A DNA stretch of 64,000 nucleotides from a virus. The DNA lies in IMG/VR virus record IMGVR_UViG_3300033142_000925, positions 16,784-80,783 of that record; one strand, 5' to 3'. Made by a program: the position numbers and the translations under genes. Position 1 is the stretch's first letter. Each line of letters begins with the position of its first letter. The notes below the pieces were generated by a model. That model was not told the origin of the DNA. It saw only the letters and a list, made by a program, of their open reading frames with translations, and did no database searches. Shown here piece after piece: positions 1 to 9,005 of the stretch.

Positions 1-991
1 CCTTTTTGGAGGTAGACGCTGGTTTTCCAGTAGTCCTCTTCGGAGGGTCCTCAGCTTCTTCTTCCTCTTCCCACGGGATATCGTCTTCGAAGTCGTCATC
101 TGCGGGCGTTTCATCGTCGCCGGGTTCCTCATCGTCTTCAACATCGTCAAGGTAGGAATCGTCGGGCTCATCCTCGGAGTCGTCTTCCAATTCCACCTCT
201 TCATCGTCGTCCACGTCTTCGGAGTCCTGACCAGTAAGGTACGCTGCAACCTTGGTCACTTCGTCCACATCGATTACACCCAGTTCGTCAAGATCGAGTT
301 CATCAAGTTCCTTCGATATTTCTACCTCGGGCATGTCAGTCTCTTCTTTCTCGGCTCCCCAGACCACAGCAGTGTACTTGGTAGTCTTCCCTTTCCGACG
401 TTCTTTCTTAGTGAAGAGAACCCGTGTTGCAAGCTGCTTACCATCTTTAATGAACGGTGTATGTTCACCATTGATCATACCAGTGAGTCCTTCCCACTGG
501 GCCTCGCTCAGGCTGAGCAATCCCACGTCTACATTGGAATCCTCATTGTCCGGGTCCAGTTCGAAGTCGGCTTCCTGATGCTTCTTGCCATTCTTATCTT
601 TGATCAGAACGTACTGACCACGGATCGCTTTCAGCACCACAGCGCCCTTGCCACGGATGTCATTCGCCCTGTTTTTGAGCTTGTTACCCGCTGCCTGCTC
701 GTTCTCCTCTTCACGAAGACGTTTGCCTTCCTGATAGAGTTCGAGGGTGTGTTCACAGATTTCGCAGTCGTCAGTAGCGAACCCGCCACCTTCAACGCCC
801 CCGGCGCACACTACTGAACGCCTGCCCTGCGGACCTTCGTACCAGTGTGAGAAAAAGCTGGTGTATTCCAACCCCAACAGATACCACGGAGTCTTCGAAT
901 CGGGTATGCTCAGATAGAGGCTCTGCCCGCCTGATTCCATAGAAGCACTGGTCTGTTGTATGTCTTCGGTTTTCCCAAGACTTTTAGCCAT
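1..991 (-). CDS. T4 gp32-like single-stranded DNA-binding protein (3' end runs off window; absent from ORF track)
   Basis: Manual translation from ATG 991 (RBS GGAGG): MAKSLGKTED...SHW..VVC..DDCEICE putative Zn motif; very acidic C-terminal tail (DDDFEDDIPW); next to UvsY-like gene. Confidence 0.75.
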   Translation of the reverse strand, partial: MAKSLGKTEDIQQTSASMESGGQSLYLSIPDSKTPWYLLGLEYTSFFSHWYEGPQGRRSVVCAGGVEGGGFATDDCEICEHTLELYQEGKRLREEENEQAAGNKLKNRANDIRGKGAVVLKAIRGQYVLIKDKNGKKHQEADFELDPDNEDSNVDVGLLSLSEAQWEGLTGMINGEHTPFIKDGKQLATRVLFTKKERRKGKTTKYTAVVWGAEKEETDMPEVEISKELDELDLDELGVIDVDEVTKVAAYLTGQDSEDVDDDEEVELEDDSEDEPDDSYLDDVEDDEEPGDDETPADDDFEDDIPWEEEEEAEDPPKRTTGKPASTSKK

Positions 992-1004
992 AATCGGCCT
1001 CCTA

Positions 1005-1517
1005 CTATAATTCGGCGAGCGACCCGCTACCCTTCAACGAAGAGGCCGACAGGTTCCGAATCTCGGAGTCTGTCAGACGGGCGATCTCGCGCAGTGTCCA
1101 AACTTTTGTATTGTAACCACTCACCAAAATATTGACCTTTTTGGTGATATCCTTCAGGTCGCGGAGAGCGGCTTTCTTCGCTCTATACTCACTGGCGTTT
1201 TCCAGCATGACTTTGGATTTCTTAAACCCCTCAGTCTTCTTACCAAACTCCGTGTCCACATCCATATATTTTTCCTGAAACCAGAGTTCAAAGTCTTCTT
1301 CCCCTTCTTCGATCTCACGTTCCAGAGGAATGAGAAATGTCTTCCAGTACGATATACGCGCCGGGAGTTCGTTCAATCCCTGTTTGATTTCATCCACTGA
1401 CATATCATCAAGGAACATAGAGTCCACCACAGGGGCCGAATACTTCTTACCCTTGTAAGTAAACTCAATATCGATATTCTCAATGCCCTTGATACCTATT
1501 AAACTCTTTTTTGCCAC
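1005..1517 (-). CDS. UvsY-like recombination mediator / helical protein
   Basis: GTG 1517 with AGGAGG; helical protein with KTE..K..V motif; adjacent to SSB. Confidence 0.5.
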   Translation of the reverse strand: MAKKSLIGIKGIENIDIEFTYKGKKYSAPVVDSMFLDDMSVDEIKQGLNELPARISYWKTFLIPLEREIEEGEEDFELWFQEKYMDVDTEFGKKTEGFKKSKVMLENASEYRAKKAALRDLKDITKKVNILVSGYNTKVWTLREIARLTDSEIRNLSASSLKGSGSLAEL

Positions 1518-1542
1518 TTCACGGCCTCCTATATAGTAATAA

Positions 1543-2649
1543 TCACTGTTTTCGAGATTTCCTAACAACTGAATTGATATCCAATCGATCAACCCCTTTC
1601 CGGTCGTCGAGCCGCTGCTGATCTTTCTCAGTTCCACGGATCATCTTATCGATACCCTTGCTGCGAGCCATACCGGACAACAACAGGTGAACCTGTAGCT
1701 CAGTTATCCGGGAATTGTAGTAGCTGGTCCGAATCACCGAAGGGGTGTGTCGGGTAGCCTTGCTCACAGATGTGAATATTTCCTCAATGAACTCCGCAGT
1801 CCACGACCACCGTTTCCAACTCATCGGGACCCCGATGGATATCACATACTGCTTTGCTGTTCTGATATCGAGGGACCCGAACACGAGGCTCGACTCTCTG
1901 ATCGCACGCATCAACCCTCCATCCTCATCGACCCTCGCTGAAAATACCATCCGACGCAGATCGATATAGCCATTCTTGGCGAACAGCATTCTGCGAAGGT
2001 CATTGGCATCCAACGCCTTGTACCCCGCGGATACATCAATAAAGTCAGAGTACTTTTCCAACTGGGTCAGCACATGGAACCGCTTCAGACTGGTCACTAT
2101 CCCGGCGTTCACTGCGCCCCAGTAATCCCCGTCTTCCGACCGGCCGTACCTCTGGACGCAGAAATCGTTGTCAATCAGAAGAGTCGATACCCGTTCTCTC
2201 TGGATATACTCTTTGATCAACCGGTCCAGTGCTTCCAAAGCGTTCGGCTTGGTCGGCAATCCTTCCCGACTCTCAGGCAACGTGTAGATCAGGAAAATGT
2301 CTTTCCCGAGTTCGATCAGATAGTCCAGCACCGGGAACAGGAATCCAGTTCCAGCACCTCCGCCTCCACCAATAGTGACAAGCACGCTGCGAGCAGGGCC
2401 AAAGTTCTTCCGGTTGTTCAGAAACTCTTCAATATCCTCAATCCTCTCACTGGCAAGTTGTTCACCAAAGTGAGGATCACGACCCGTCCCACCCGTCTCG
2501 AATACAAGCCGCTCATACCGACCCATACCCATATGGGCAAAGTCGATCCCGGCAAGGTTCATCACCACTGCCGGGATCTCCATACCCTCTTTGAAAGCCT
2601 TGGCGAGTCGTCCCCCGCCTTGGCCCAAACCTATTACGAAGTCAAACAT
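1543..2649 (-). CDS. Tubulin/FtsZ-family GTPase (TubZ/PhuZ-like)
   Basis: VIGLGQGGGRLA, VMNLAGID, GGTGRDP..GE, signature GGGGGAGTG, LIDN, basic C-terminal tail. Confidence 0.9.
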   Translation of the reverse strand: MFDFVIGLGQGGGRLAKAFKEGMEIPAVVMNLAGIDFAHMGMGRYERLVFETGGTGRDPHFGEQLASERIEDIEEFLNNRKNFGPARSVLVTIGGGGGAGTGFLFPVLDYLIELGKDIFLIYTLPESREGLPTKPNALEALDRLIKEYIQRERVSTLLIDNDFCVQRYGRSEDGDYWGAVNAGIVTSLKRFHVLTQLEKYSDFIDVSAGYKALDANDLRRMLFAKNGYIDLRRMVFSARVDEDGGLMRAIRESSLVFGSLDIRTAKQYVISIGVPMSWKRWSWTAEFIEEIFTSVSKATRHTPSVIRTSYYNSRITELQVHLLLSGMARSKGIDKMIRGTEKDQQRLDDRKGVDRLDINSVVRKSRKQ

Positions 2650-3454
2650 CGAACTTCTCCTTCATCGCAGTCACCCAATTCTCCATGAGTTCCACAAGAG
2701 CTTCCACGTCTCCGGCAGTGTGCTTGATCACTGCTTTCGAGATTTTCAAGGTAGGTACCAGAGCAATTTCTCTGGCAAAGAAGTCGCGAGTCTTTTTCAG
2801 CATCCTCGCAAGGTCTTCCATCCCGCTCACATCCTTACGGAGTTTTTCCCGCATCTTCTTGAGCTTTTCGATGGCCGCCTCTACATCAGAATCCGTTTCA
2901 TGCCCCTGCTTCTTGAGTTCTTCCAGTTCGGTAAGAACCTCATCATACGAAATCTGCAAATCATCATTCGAAGAATCGTTCTGGAACTCGTCAACCTGTA
3001 ACTGCGCCTCTTTCAACTTCTCTTCGAGGTCGGCAATCCGCTGGTCCCGTTCGTCCTCGGGCTCCATGTCCATGTCAATATCGAGATCGTCGTCTTCAGG
3101 CGGCGCGATCTGAGCGAGAGCCTTATTCATACTCGTTGCATCGATCTTCAGGATCACATTCCGGTCAGCATAGATTTTCATATACCTCGACGCCTGCTGG
3201 CGACCAAAGTTCAGGTGCTTGTCAACAAACGGAATCCACTGTCCATGAGGTGTCTTTTCCTTATAAGCAGTGAGGGCCGCACCCACATCGATCCACATCT
3301 TGACCGATTCCATAGTATGAATCGCAGCATTATTATGAAGCTCATTGATCTTAACCGCAGCTTTGACTGCCGCTGCGTTGGCAGGTTTCGTCGTTACCAC
3401 AGCCTTTGTCTTAGCTGGGGTTTTCTTCTTCGTCGCTGTCTTTGTACTGGCCAT
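2642..3454 (-). CDS. DUF3102-like DNA-binding protein with C-terminal coiled coil
   Basis: G..L...KEKTPHGQW..FV...LNFGRQQASRYMKIY; coiled-coil C-half; overlaps tubulin start. Confidence 0.65.
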   Translation of the reverse strand: MASTKTATKKKTPAKTKAVVTTKPANAAAVKAAVKINELHNNAAIHTMESVKMWIDVGAALTAYKEKTPHGQWIPFVDKHLNFGRQQASRYMKIYADRNVILKIDATSMNKALAQIAPPEDDDLDIDMDMEPEDERDQRIADLEEKLKEAQLQVDEFQNDSSNDDLQISYDEVLTELEELKKQGHETDSDVEAAIEKLKKMREKLRKDVSGMEDLARMLKKTRDFFAREIALVPTLKISKAVIKHTAGDVEALVELMENWVTAMKEKFDV

Positions 3455-4361
3455 ATATTTCCTCCACTTGGTCAGGTTCTAATTGATTGGGGTCCATCCC
3501 CTCTGGTAACTCTACTGATACGGTAGGAACATGGCGGTTCAATAATTTGTACTGCCCCACTTTCTTCTCAGTGCCGTACATCCCATCACCCCCGGCATCG
3601 TCACCGTCATAGCTTAGTACCACTTTCTTGGCATACTTTCGTAGAAGCCGGATCTTCTCCGGCGTCATCGCCATTGTACCCATATTCGCCACGGCAGCTA
3701 TTCCAAACTGCTGAAGGTAGATAGCATCAAACTCACCTTCTACCACTACAACAGTAAATAATCGTCGGTTCGGTGAATACCTTACAACCTGTCTCAATCC
3801 GAATAGCGCCCGATGAGGTGATCTGCTCTTCCTCGTTTTCGGTGCCATCTCCGGTTTCACCGCTCTTCCTACATATGAAACCAGCCTCCCTTCCGGCGTA
3901 TAAATTGGAAGCACTACACGGTCGTGATATTTCTTCACACCTGACCGCATATCAAATCGCCGGATCATGCTCTCGTCTATCCCACGCCGGAGAATGTACT
4001 GCCATTCCGGGGAGCCCTCTTCCAGCTTAGGGAATACTTTATGGAATGATTTGATATTGAAATACTTAAATCGGTTGTCGTCAGAATGCAGCTTCTCCCG
4101 GATACGCTCTTCCAGTTCTGAAATGTCATCCTGACCTCGAACCAATCTACGAGCCAGTGACATGGGAATACCCACAGTCTCCACAAGGAACTCCGCAAGA
4201 CCGGCCTCAGCACCGCAAGCGAAGCACCTGAAATAACCACTATCGGCCCAGATTCCCCCGGACGGATTGTGATCGTCGTGAAATGGACAGATCACCATGA
4301 GGCGCTTATCGCCATCCTCGTAATCAACACCTTGACCACGTAAGATCGCTTCAACTTCCAA
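3411..4361 (-). CDS. dnaG: DNA primase (CHC2 Zn finger + Toprim)
   Basis: CPFHDDHNPS..CFAC; VVEGEFD; YDGDDAG; DPN. Confidence 0.93.
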   Translation of the reverse strand: MEVEAILRGQGVDYEDGDKRLMVICPFHDDHNPSGGIWADSGYFRCFACGAEAGLAEFLVETVGIPMSLARRLVRGQDDISELEERIREKLHSDDNRFKYFNIKSFHKVFPKLEEGSPEWQYILRRGIDESMIRRFDMRSGVKKYHDRVVLPIYTPEGRLVSYVGRAVKPEMAPKTRKSRSPHRALFGLRQVVRYSPNRRLFTVVVVEGEFDAIYLQQFGIAAVANMGTMAMTPEKIRLLRKYAKKVVLSYDGDDAGGDGMYGTEKKVGQYKLLNRHVPTVSVELPEGMDPNQLEPDQVEEIYGQYKDSDEEENPS

Positions 4362-5811
4362 GGCTCTTCTTCCCCGCTCTCGGTTTAGGTTTCGGCTTCC
4401 TCGCCTTTCGTTCCATGTCTATAGAGTGCCCAGTCATACCGGCAAGCGTACTGGTTCTCTTGACCTCTTCATTCAATCGCATGATCGACAGGTTAGGACT
4501 CAGCTTGATCGGTTTCTTCGGCGGCTCAGCATTACGCATCTTGACTACCTGAAACTTCATCCGACCCTCAATCACATCCTTATCCGTACGGATCAATGCT
4601 ACAATCACCGGGGCGGCCTCTGATATTGCTCGGGCATACTTCAGGTCCGACGCGTCGTACAGTTCCTTTCCATAGGCTTCATCAATCACCTGTCCAGCGG
4701 TCCACCCTACAAGGTCATGCTCATTACAGAATGCCTTGAAATCCCAGACCACCTCGCTCTGATCCTTCCAATCGCTCCGGCCTTTCATGATAGGCTCAAC
4801 GATGTTAATATAATCCAACCCGACCACATCAATCCGCTTCCCCGTCTCTTCCTCGAAGCGCAGCTTATCCCGTTCTAAATCAGCTACCGTCCACCGGCGA
4901 GGATATCCACACAAGGCCAACACGTTATCACGTGATGCTTTGTACTGGATGATCGTTTCGTCCCATCTCTTGTAGTCGGCTGGATCAAGATCGGCGGTCC
5001 TGAACTTCATCCCGTGTATCCGAGTGAGCCGGGAGTCAATCCTGAATGCCAATTCATCTACTGACATCTCACCGGAACCTATCATCACATTGTGGCCGTG
5101 TTCGTAAGCAGTCACACAGAACTCAATGATGGCGGCTGTCTTCCCTACTCCGGTCACCCCTGCTACCAGTGCAAACTCTTTCGGCATGATACCGCCAGTC
5201 ATCCGATCAAACGCATAGATACCGGTACGGATACCAGCCTCCCCATCCTCGGACTCGTCCTTTGCCGCTTCCTTCTCTTCCATCACTTCCTTTCTATGGG
5301 CATAATGATCCAGATACAGGACAGCGTTCTCAGAGTCTCGAATTACGGCTTCTCTGGATACACTTGATAGGGTACGTTTCGAAGAGTCCAAATCAAACTG
5401 ACGTATCGATCCAATCACAGACCCACACGCAACAAGGACCCGGCGCGACTCCGACAACCGAAGAAGCTGGGTCATCATATGCCGTACCGTCTTAGGACTG
5501 ATCGGCGCGGTGTTCACTTCGTATAACTGTTCCAGAGCTTCAGCAAATAATCCCTGCTCTGACTTGCTCATGATCCCTCGATCTCGTAGCTCATTCAGGA
5601 CCATGGCTTTTGACAAGGTTATCCGAAGGTCCTCGGCTACCGTGTACACGTCCTGTAACAGAATGTCAGAAAACCAGTCTTTCTCTACTGTACCCAACAC
5701 AGCGGGATTTTCCCGGAGGGCATAAGCAAGCAATTGGTATTCAATCTCGATGTCTCTAAAATCTGAAGCCCTCTCAGTGACTTCCTGCTCAATACTCTTT
5801 TTCCCAGCCAA
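4351..5811 (-). CDS. dnaB: Replicative DnaB-like helicase
   Basis: GIRTG..FD, Walker A GVTGVGKT, SGEMS, LDYI, VVKMRN; TTG 5811 with AGGAGG. Confidence 0.92.
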   Translation of the reverse strand: MAGKKSIEQEVTERASDFRDIEIEYQLLAYALRENPAVLGTVEKDWFSDILLQDVYTVAEDLRITLSKAMVLNELRDRGIMSKSEQGLFAEALEQLYEVNTAPISPKTVRHMMTQLLRLSESRRVLVACGSVIGSIRQFDLDSSKRTLSSVSREAVIRDSENAVLYLDHYAHRKEVMEEKEAAKDESEDGEAGIRTGIYAFDRMTGGIMPKEFALVAGVTGVGKTAAIIEFCVTAYEHGHNVMIGSGEMSVDELAFRIDSRLTRIHGMKFRTADLDPADYKRWDETIIQYKASRDNVLALCGYPRRWTVADLERDKLRFEEETGKRIDVVGLDYINIVEPIMKGRSDWKDQSEVVWDFKAFCNEHDLVGWTAGQVIDEAYGKELYDASDLKYARAISEAAPVIVALIRTDKDVIEGRMKFQVVKMRNAEPPKKPIKLSPNLSIMRLNEEVKRTSTLAGMTGHSIDMERKARKPKPKPRAGKKSLGS

Positions 5812-6592
5812 TTGCTTCCTCCTGAGTTTCCCGGTCGTACAGTTCACTCGCAAACTTCACGATGTGTGGGTTCATATAATCAATATCCTCTTCCATTCTA
5901 TCCGACCAATCCGAGTTCTGAGTCTTCCGGTAATCCTCACCAGCCATAATCAGGAAGCGAAGGTGCCCCCGCAACATGGACATAGTAGATTCCCCGAACA
6001 TCCTTCCCAGTTCCTCTTCATGAAGGTTGGTACAGATGATAAACGCGACACCTCCCGATATCATCCGGCGGATAAACTCTTCCAGAGTCTTCGCCACGAA
6101 GTTTGATTTCTGGGCGATGTATACCTTATCTAACTCATCGAACAATATGATTTTTCCTGACTCATATTCTTCTAAAAGTTCGCTATCTTTTACCTTCACC
6201 GCTTCCACATACTGCTGGGCCGTGAAGTACTGAACAGAATAGCCCTGTACAACCGCAGCTTTTCCGATAGCACACTGAATCGAAGTCTTTCCACGGCCAT
6301 TCGGACCCATGAGCAGCATACCCAGAGATTTCCGAGTCGCTATCTTCAGCTTGTCGATGTATCTGGAAGCCACAACAAGCATCTGCTCCGGGCGGACCTC
6401 AGTCAGGTCTTCCAGTGCGAGATCCCAGTATTCCGTCGGTATCTTCGCCTCGATCAGACCGTTCAGATAACGCTGTACGATCCGACAGGAACACTCATGC
6501 TCCCCGATGAAGCCTACACCTTGACAGATCGTACAGCCGTCGACCAACTCAGCTTTCAGGTCTGTCATCTGATCAATCAGTTTCTTTCTCAT
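5789..6592 (-). CDS. dnaC: DnaC/IstB-like helicase loader ATPase
   Basis: CxxC..CxC, Walker A GPNGRGKT, ILFDELD, IICTNL, GEDYR. Confidence 0.88.
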   Translation of the reverse strand: MRKKLIDQMTDLKAELVDGCTICQGVGFIGEHECSCRIVQRYLNGLIEAKIPTEYWDLALEDLTEVRPEQMLVVASRYIDKLKIATRKSLGMLLMGPNGRGKTSIQCAIGKAAVVQGYSVQYFTAQQYVEAVKVKDSELLEEYESGKIILFDELDKVYIAQKSNFVAKTLEEFIRRMISGGVAFIICTNLHEEELGRMFGESTMSMLRGHLRFLIMAGEDYRKTQNSDWSDRMEEDIDYMNPHIVKFASELYDRETQEEAIGWEKEY

Positions 6593-7364
6593 TCTTTCCC
6601 TCCCCAAACTCTGCAATCAACGTCTTCTCCTGTTCATCCAGTAGTTTTTTATACGCTGCACTGTTCTCCATGTTCGTAGATACGTTCAGATAAGTATCGT
6701 CATCCTCCATAGCATCCTCGAACTCTGAAAGCATACTCGGATACAAGAACAGCCCAAAGTTAAACTTCATCCTCGGGTACTTCTCCACACGATACCATTT
6801 ACAGTACGCATCGAAGTCCACTTGACCCACAACTTCCAGCAGTGTAGCAAACTTGTTCTTCTTCGTCAGGAACACGGGGTTGATTTGTGAAGGTCTGAAA
6901 TACTTCAGTAGGATGACTTCCACCTTCTGCCAATCCTCATCATCCCTGATATCCTCAGCACTCCACTGACCTTTCAAATGTACACCCGAGTGACCATTTG
7001 CCAAACTTTTAGGTTTAGCCGTAGCCGTCCCGTTCTCTCTCTCTTCTCTTATACTATTACTATATACCTTTAAGATAAGAGGAACAGACTCGGCTATAGC
7101 TAAACCTAATTTATTTAGCACCCGCACCTCCTTTCTGTTACCCTTGGCAGTGGCCACCTCAATAAAACCGGTTGCTGCCAGTGCGCGAGTAGTGTGTGTG
7201 ATCATCTGCTTAGATAACCCTGTAGCTTTCCTGATCTCGTCCTGTGTGGGAGCATCCTGACCGTGGTCCTCGAAGTAACTGAATAGCAGCAGTAGTTGAT
7301 ACCGGTCACTGGCGGCTGCCAGCTTCCATAGATTTGTACGTGTCTTCGCCGATAGCGCCCTCAT
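6573..7364 (-). CDS. Putative replication initiator (N-terminal HTH)
   Basis: PTQDEIRKATGLSKQMI..L...GFIE wHTH; directly upstream of DnaC/DnaB; contains internal inverted repeat. Confidence 0.6.
   Translation of the reverse strand: MRALSAKTRTNLWKLAAASDRYQLLLLFSYFEDHGQDAPTQDEIRKATGLSKQMITHTTRALAATGFIEVATAKGNRKEVRVLNKLGLAIAESVPLILKVYSNSIREERENGTATAKPKSLANGHSGVHLKGQWSAEDIRDDEDWQKVEVILLKYFRPSQINPVFLTKKNKFATLLEVVGQVDFDAYCKWYRVEKYPRMKFNFGLFLYPSMLSEFEDAMEDDDTYLNVSTNMENSAAYKKLLDEQEKTLIAEFGEGKNEKETD
7009..7109. repeat. 19-bp imperfect inverted repeat flanking AT/pyrimidine-rich spacer; candidate replication origin
   Basis: ttaggtttagccgtagccg (7009-7027) vs cggctatagctaaacctaa (7091-7109), 17/19 complementary. 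Confidence 0.55.
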
Positions 7365-7726
7365 TACAGAAGATCCTCCTCAGCAGATACTGAAGGTGGA
7401 GCCACTTGATGGACGGTAGTTGTCATCTCTAAGCTGGACCGTCTTCTCTTTCTGGGATTCTGATACATACCAGAGAATGAGGTATACACCAGTGTCTCGG
7501 CAGTTCGCCTACCTATCCGGGGATCATGCTCGACAAGGGCTCTGGCCGCCTGCCGCTTGTTCATTCCCCTTACCAGACAATCCTCAAGGTACTCGACCCG
7601 CTGCATAGTAACGGTCATACTCTCCCGGTGCTCACTATACGCCTTTGACAACTCCATCATATCTGGATCATTTACCGTCCCCTGTACAATAACAGTTTCG
7701 ATAGCTGTGCGCAATCGTTTCGTCAT
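7364..7726 (-). CDS. Hypothetical protein
   Basis: 120-aa ORF with RBS; stop overlaps initiator start. Confidence 0.7.
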   Translation of the reverse strand: MTKRLRTAIETVIVQGTVNDPDMMELSKAYSEHRESMTVTMQRVEYLEDCLVRGMNKRQAARALVEHDPRIGRRTAETLVYTSFSGMYQNPRKRRRSSLEMTTTVHQVAPPSVSAEEDLL

Positions 7727-7751
7727 AGAGACCCCCTTTAATAAGAACTAA

Positions 7752-8336
7752 TCACACGAGCGGGAGATTTCTAACAACACTTTTGAAAACACGGCGGTGA
7801 ATTACGTACAGATAGTCCACGGGGATCGACAATTCGTCCGCCGATTCTTGGGCAGAGTATCCCTTACGCATGAGTCGAAACCAGTCCAAAGCAGTTCGGT
7901 ATAGTTTTGGACTGTTAGCCTTTTTCAAAGCAGTTCGGTATTGTCTTGGACGGTTTGCTTCCGTACTGAGTATTTCTTCGATACGGTCAAGGGTGATGTT
8001 CGCTTCCACAAGCTCATAACATGGGTCATGGTCCGCGAACTCTTGCGGGTGTGCATACTGATCATAGTGGGCCATCTTCTCGTTGAATGGTAGCTTCCTC
8101 AGCCGTCCATCGATCATATGGCCATACTTGGAAAATGCTGCGGAGCGGGCAGTCTCCACCGGGGTCTTGCGCCCGTCGTACTTATTCATCGCCTTGATGA
8201 TCGCTTCCCATATCTCCTGTTCAGCATCCTCTCTGTCCATGGAATTAGGGAATCTTCGGGCGACCTTGTACGCGTGGTATCCTACATAATTCTTCAGATA
8301 CCCATCTGTCATTACTTCATTTAATACGGCAGTCAT
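7752..8336 (-). CDS. Sigma-70-like phage sigma factor / transcription regulator
   Basis: Region-2-like DREDAEQEIWEAIIKAMNKYD; C-terminal HTH GYSAQESADELSIP; GAGGAGG RBS. Confidence 0.65.
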   Translation of the reverse strand: MTAVLNEVMTDGYLKNYVGYHAYKVARRFPNSMDREDAEQEIWEAIIKAMNKYDGRKTPVETARSAAFSKYGHMIDGRLRKLPFNEKMAHYDQYAHPQEFADHDPCYELVEANITLDRIEEILSTEANRPRQYRTALKKANSPKLYRTALDWFRLMRKGYSAQESADELSIPVDYLYVIHRRVFKSVVRNLPLV

Positions 8337-8368
8337 AGCTTCCTCCTCAAGAAACTTGTTCTGCTATA

Positions 8369-8397
8369 ATAGTACCACATTGACAAGTCTGTGTCAA
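8369..8397 (-). promoter_or_regulatory. Sigma70 promoter of replication operon with overlapping palindrome
   Basis: TTGACA-17 nt-TACTAT with TGn extension; TTGACA-N6-TGTCAA palindrome at 8380-8397. Confidence 0.8.
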
Positions 8398-8426
8398 GTC
8401 GTGTTTTTTCGTGTTCTTCGGGAGAT

Positions 8427-8457
8427 AAAAGAGGTGACTCCATTACAGAGCCACCCC
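8427..8457 (-). terminator. Intrinsic terminator ending late/lysis transcript
   Basis: GGUGGCUC-loop-GAGUCACC followed by UCUUUU. Confidence 0.7.
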
Positions 8458-8489
8458 AAAGAGAAGAGAGACCACCCCGAAGGGCGATG

Positions 8490-9005
8490 TTATCTTGTAC
8501 CAAAGTAGATACCGACACCGATCAACACAGTCTCCACGATAACTACTACAAACAGAGTATCCCGCTGAGACTTCAGCTTGCCCTGTTTGATTTCATATTC
8601 CGTCACGAGATCAATTATTGCCTGCTCGTGAACGCCTTCATTCGCCTTCAGTTCCGCCAGTGTATCTGTCAAAGATATCCCCAAGTCGGTCAATTGTTCC
8701 TCCAAGCTCAGTATGTGAGATTCCAAGCTTGCTTGTCTCACTAAGGCCCTCGCTAATACTCTGTTCAAGTCGTCTATTTTCTGCTGCGAGGTCACCTGAG
8801 ATTCCGAGGCTTCTATCAAGGTCCGCTCTAAGTTCTTGATTATCCCGCTTTGTGTCTGCCACTGTTGTTTCAAGGTCTGATACTCGGACATTAGCGTCTT
8901 CCAGTCCTCGTTTGTAACTGTCACGCTCTGCGCGAAGGCTATCGGCAAGTTCATTAGCAGCAGTGAGATCAGGATCAGGCCGGAGACGAACCGCAATCGA
9001 GTCAT
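8490..9005 (-). CDS. Spanin-like coiled-coil protein (signal peptide + C-terminal TM)
   Basis: Signal peptide ending AFA-Q, long coiled coil, C-terminal hydrophobic helix; overlaps 8638-9069 in another frame. Confidence 0.55.
   Translation of the reverse strand: MTRLRFVSGLILISLLLMNLPIAFAQSVTVTNEDWKTLMSEYQTLKQQWQTQSGIIKNLERTLIEASESQVTSQQKIDDLNRVLARALVRQASLESHILSLEEQLTDLGISLTDTLAELKANEGVHEQAIIDLVTEYEIKQGKLKSQRDTLFVVVIVETVLIGVGIYFGTR

Noticed and set aside
1-330. tcgtc-rich low-complexity repeat
   Set aside because: Simply encodes the Asp/Glu-rich SSB tail
1543-2649. Evidence for a nucleus-forming jumbo phage
   Set aside because: Tubulin alone is insufficient; head genes are SPO1/Twort-like and no shell protein or multisubunit RNAP is visible
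8333-8518. 61-aa minus-strand ORF
   Set aside because: Spans a terminator and a consensus promoter; likely spurious
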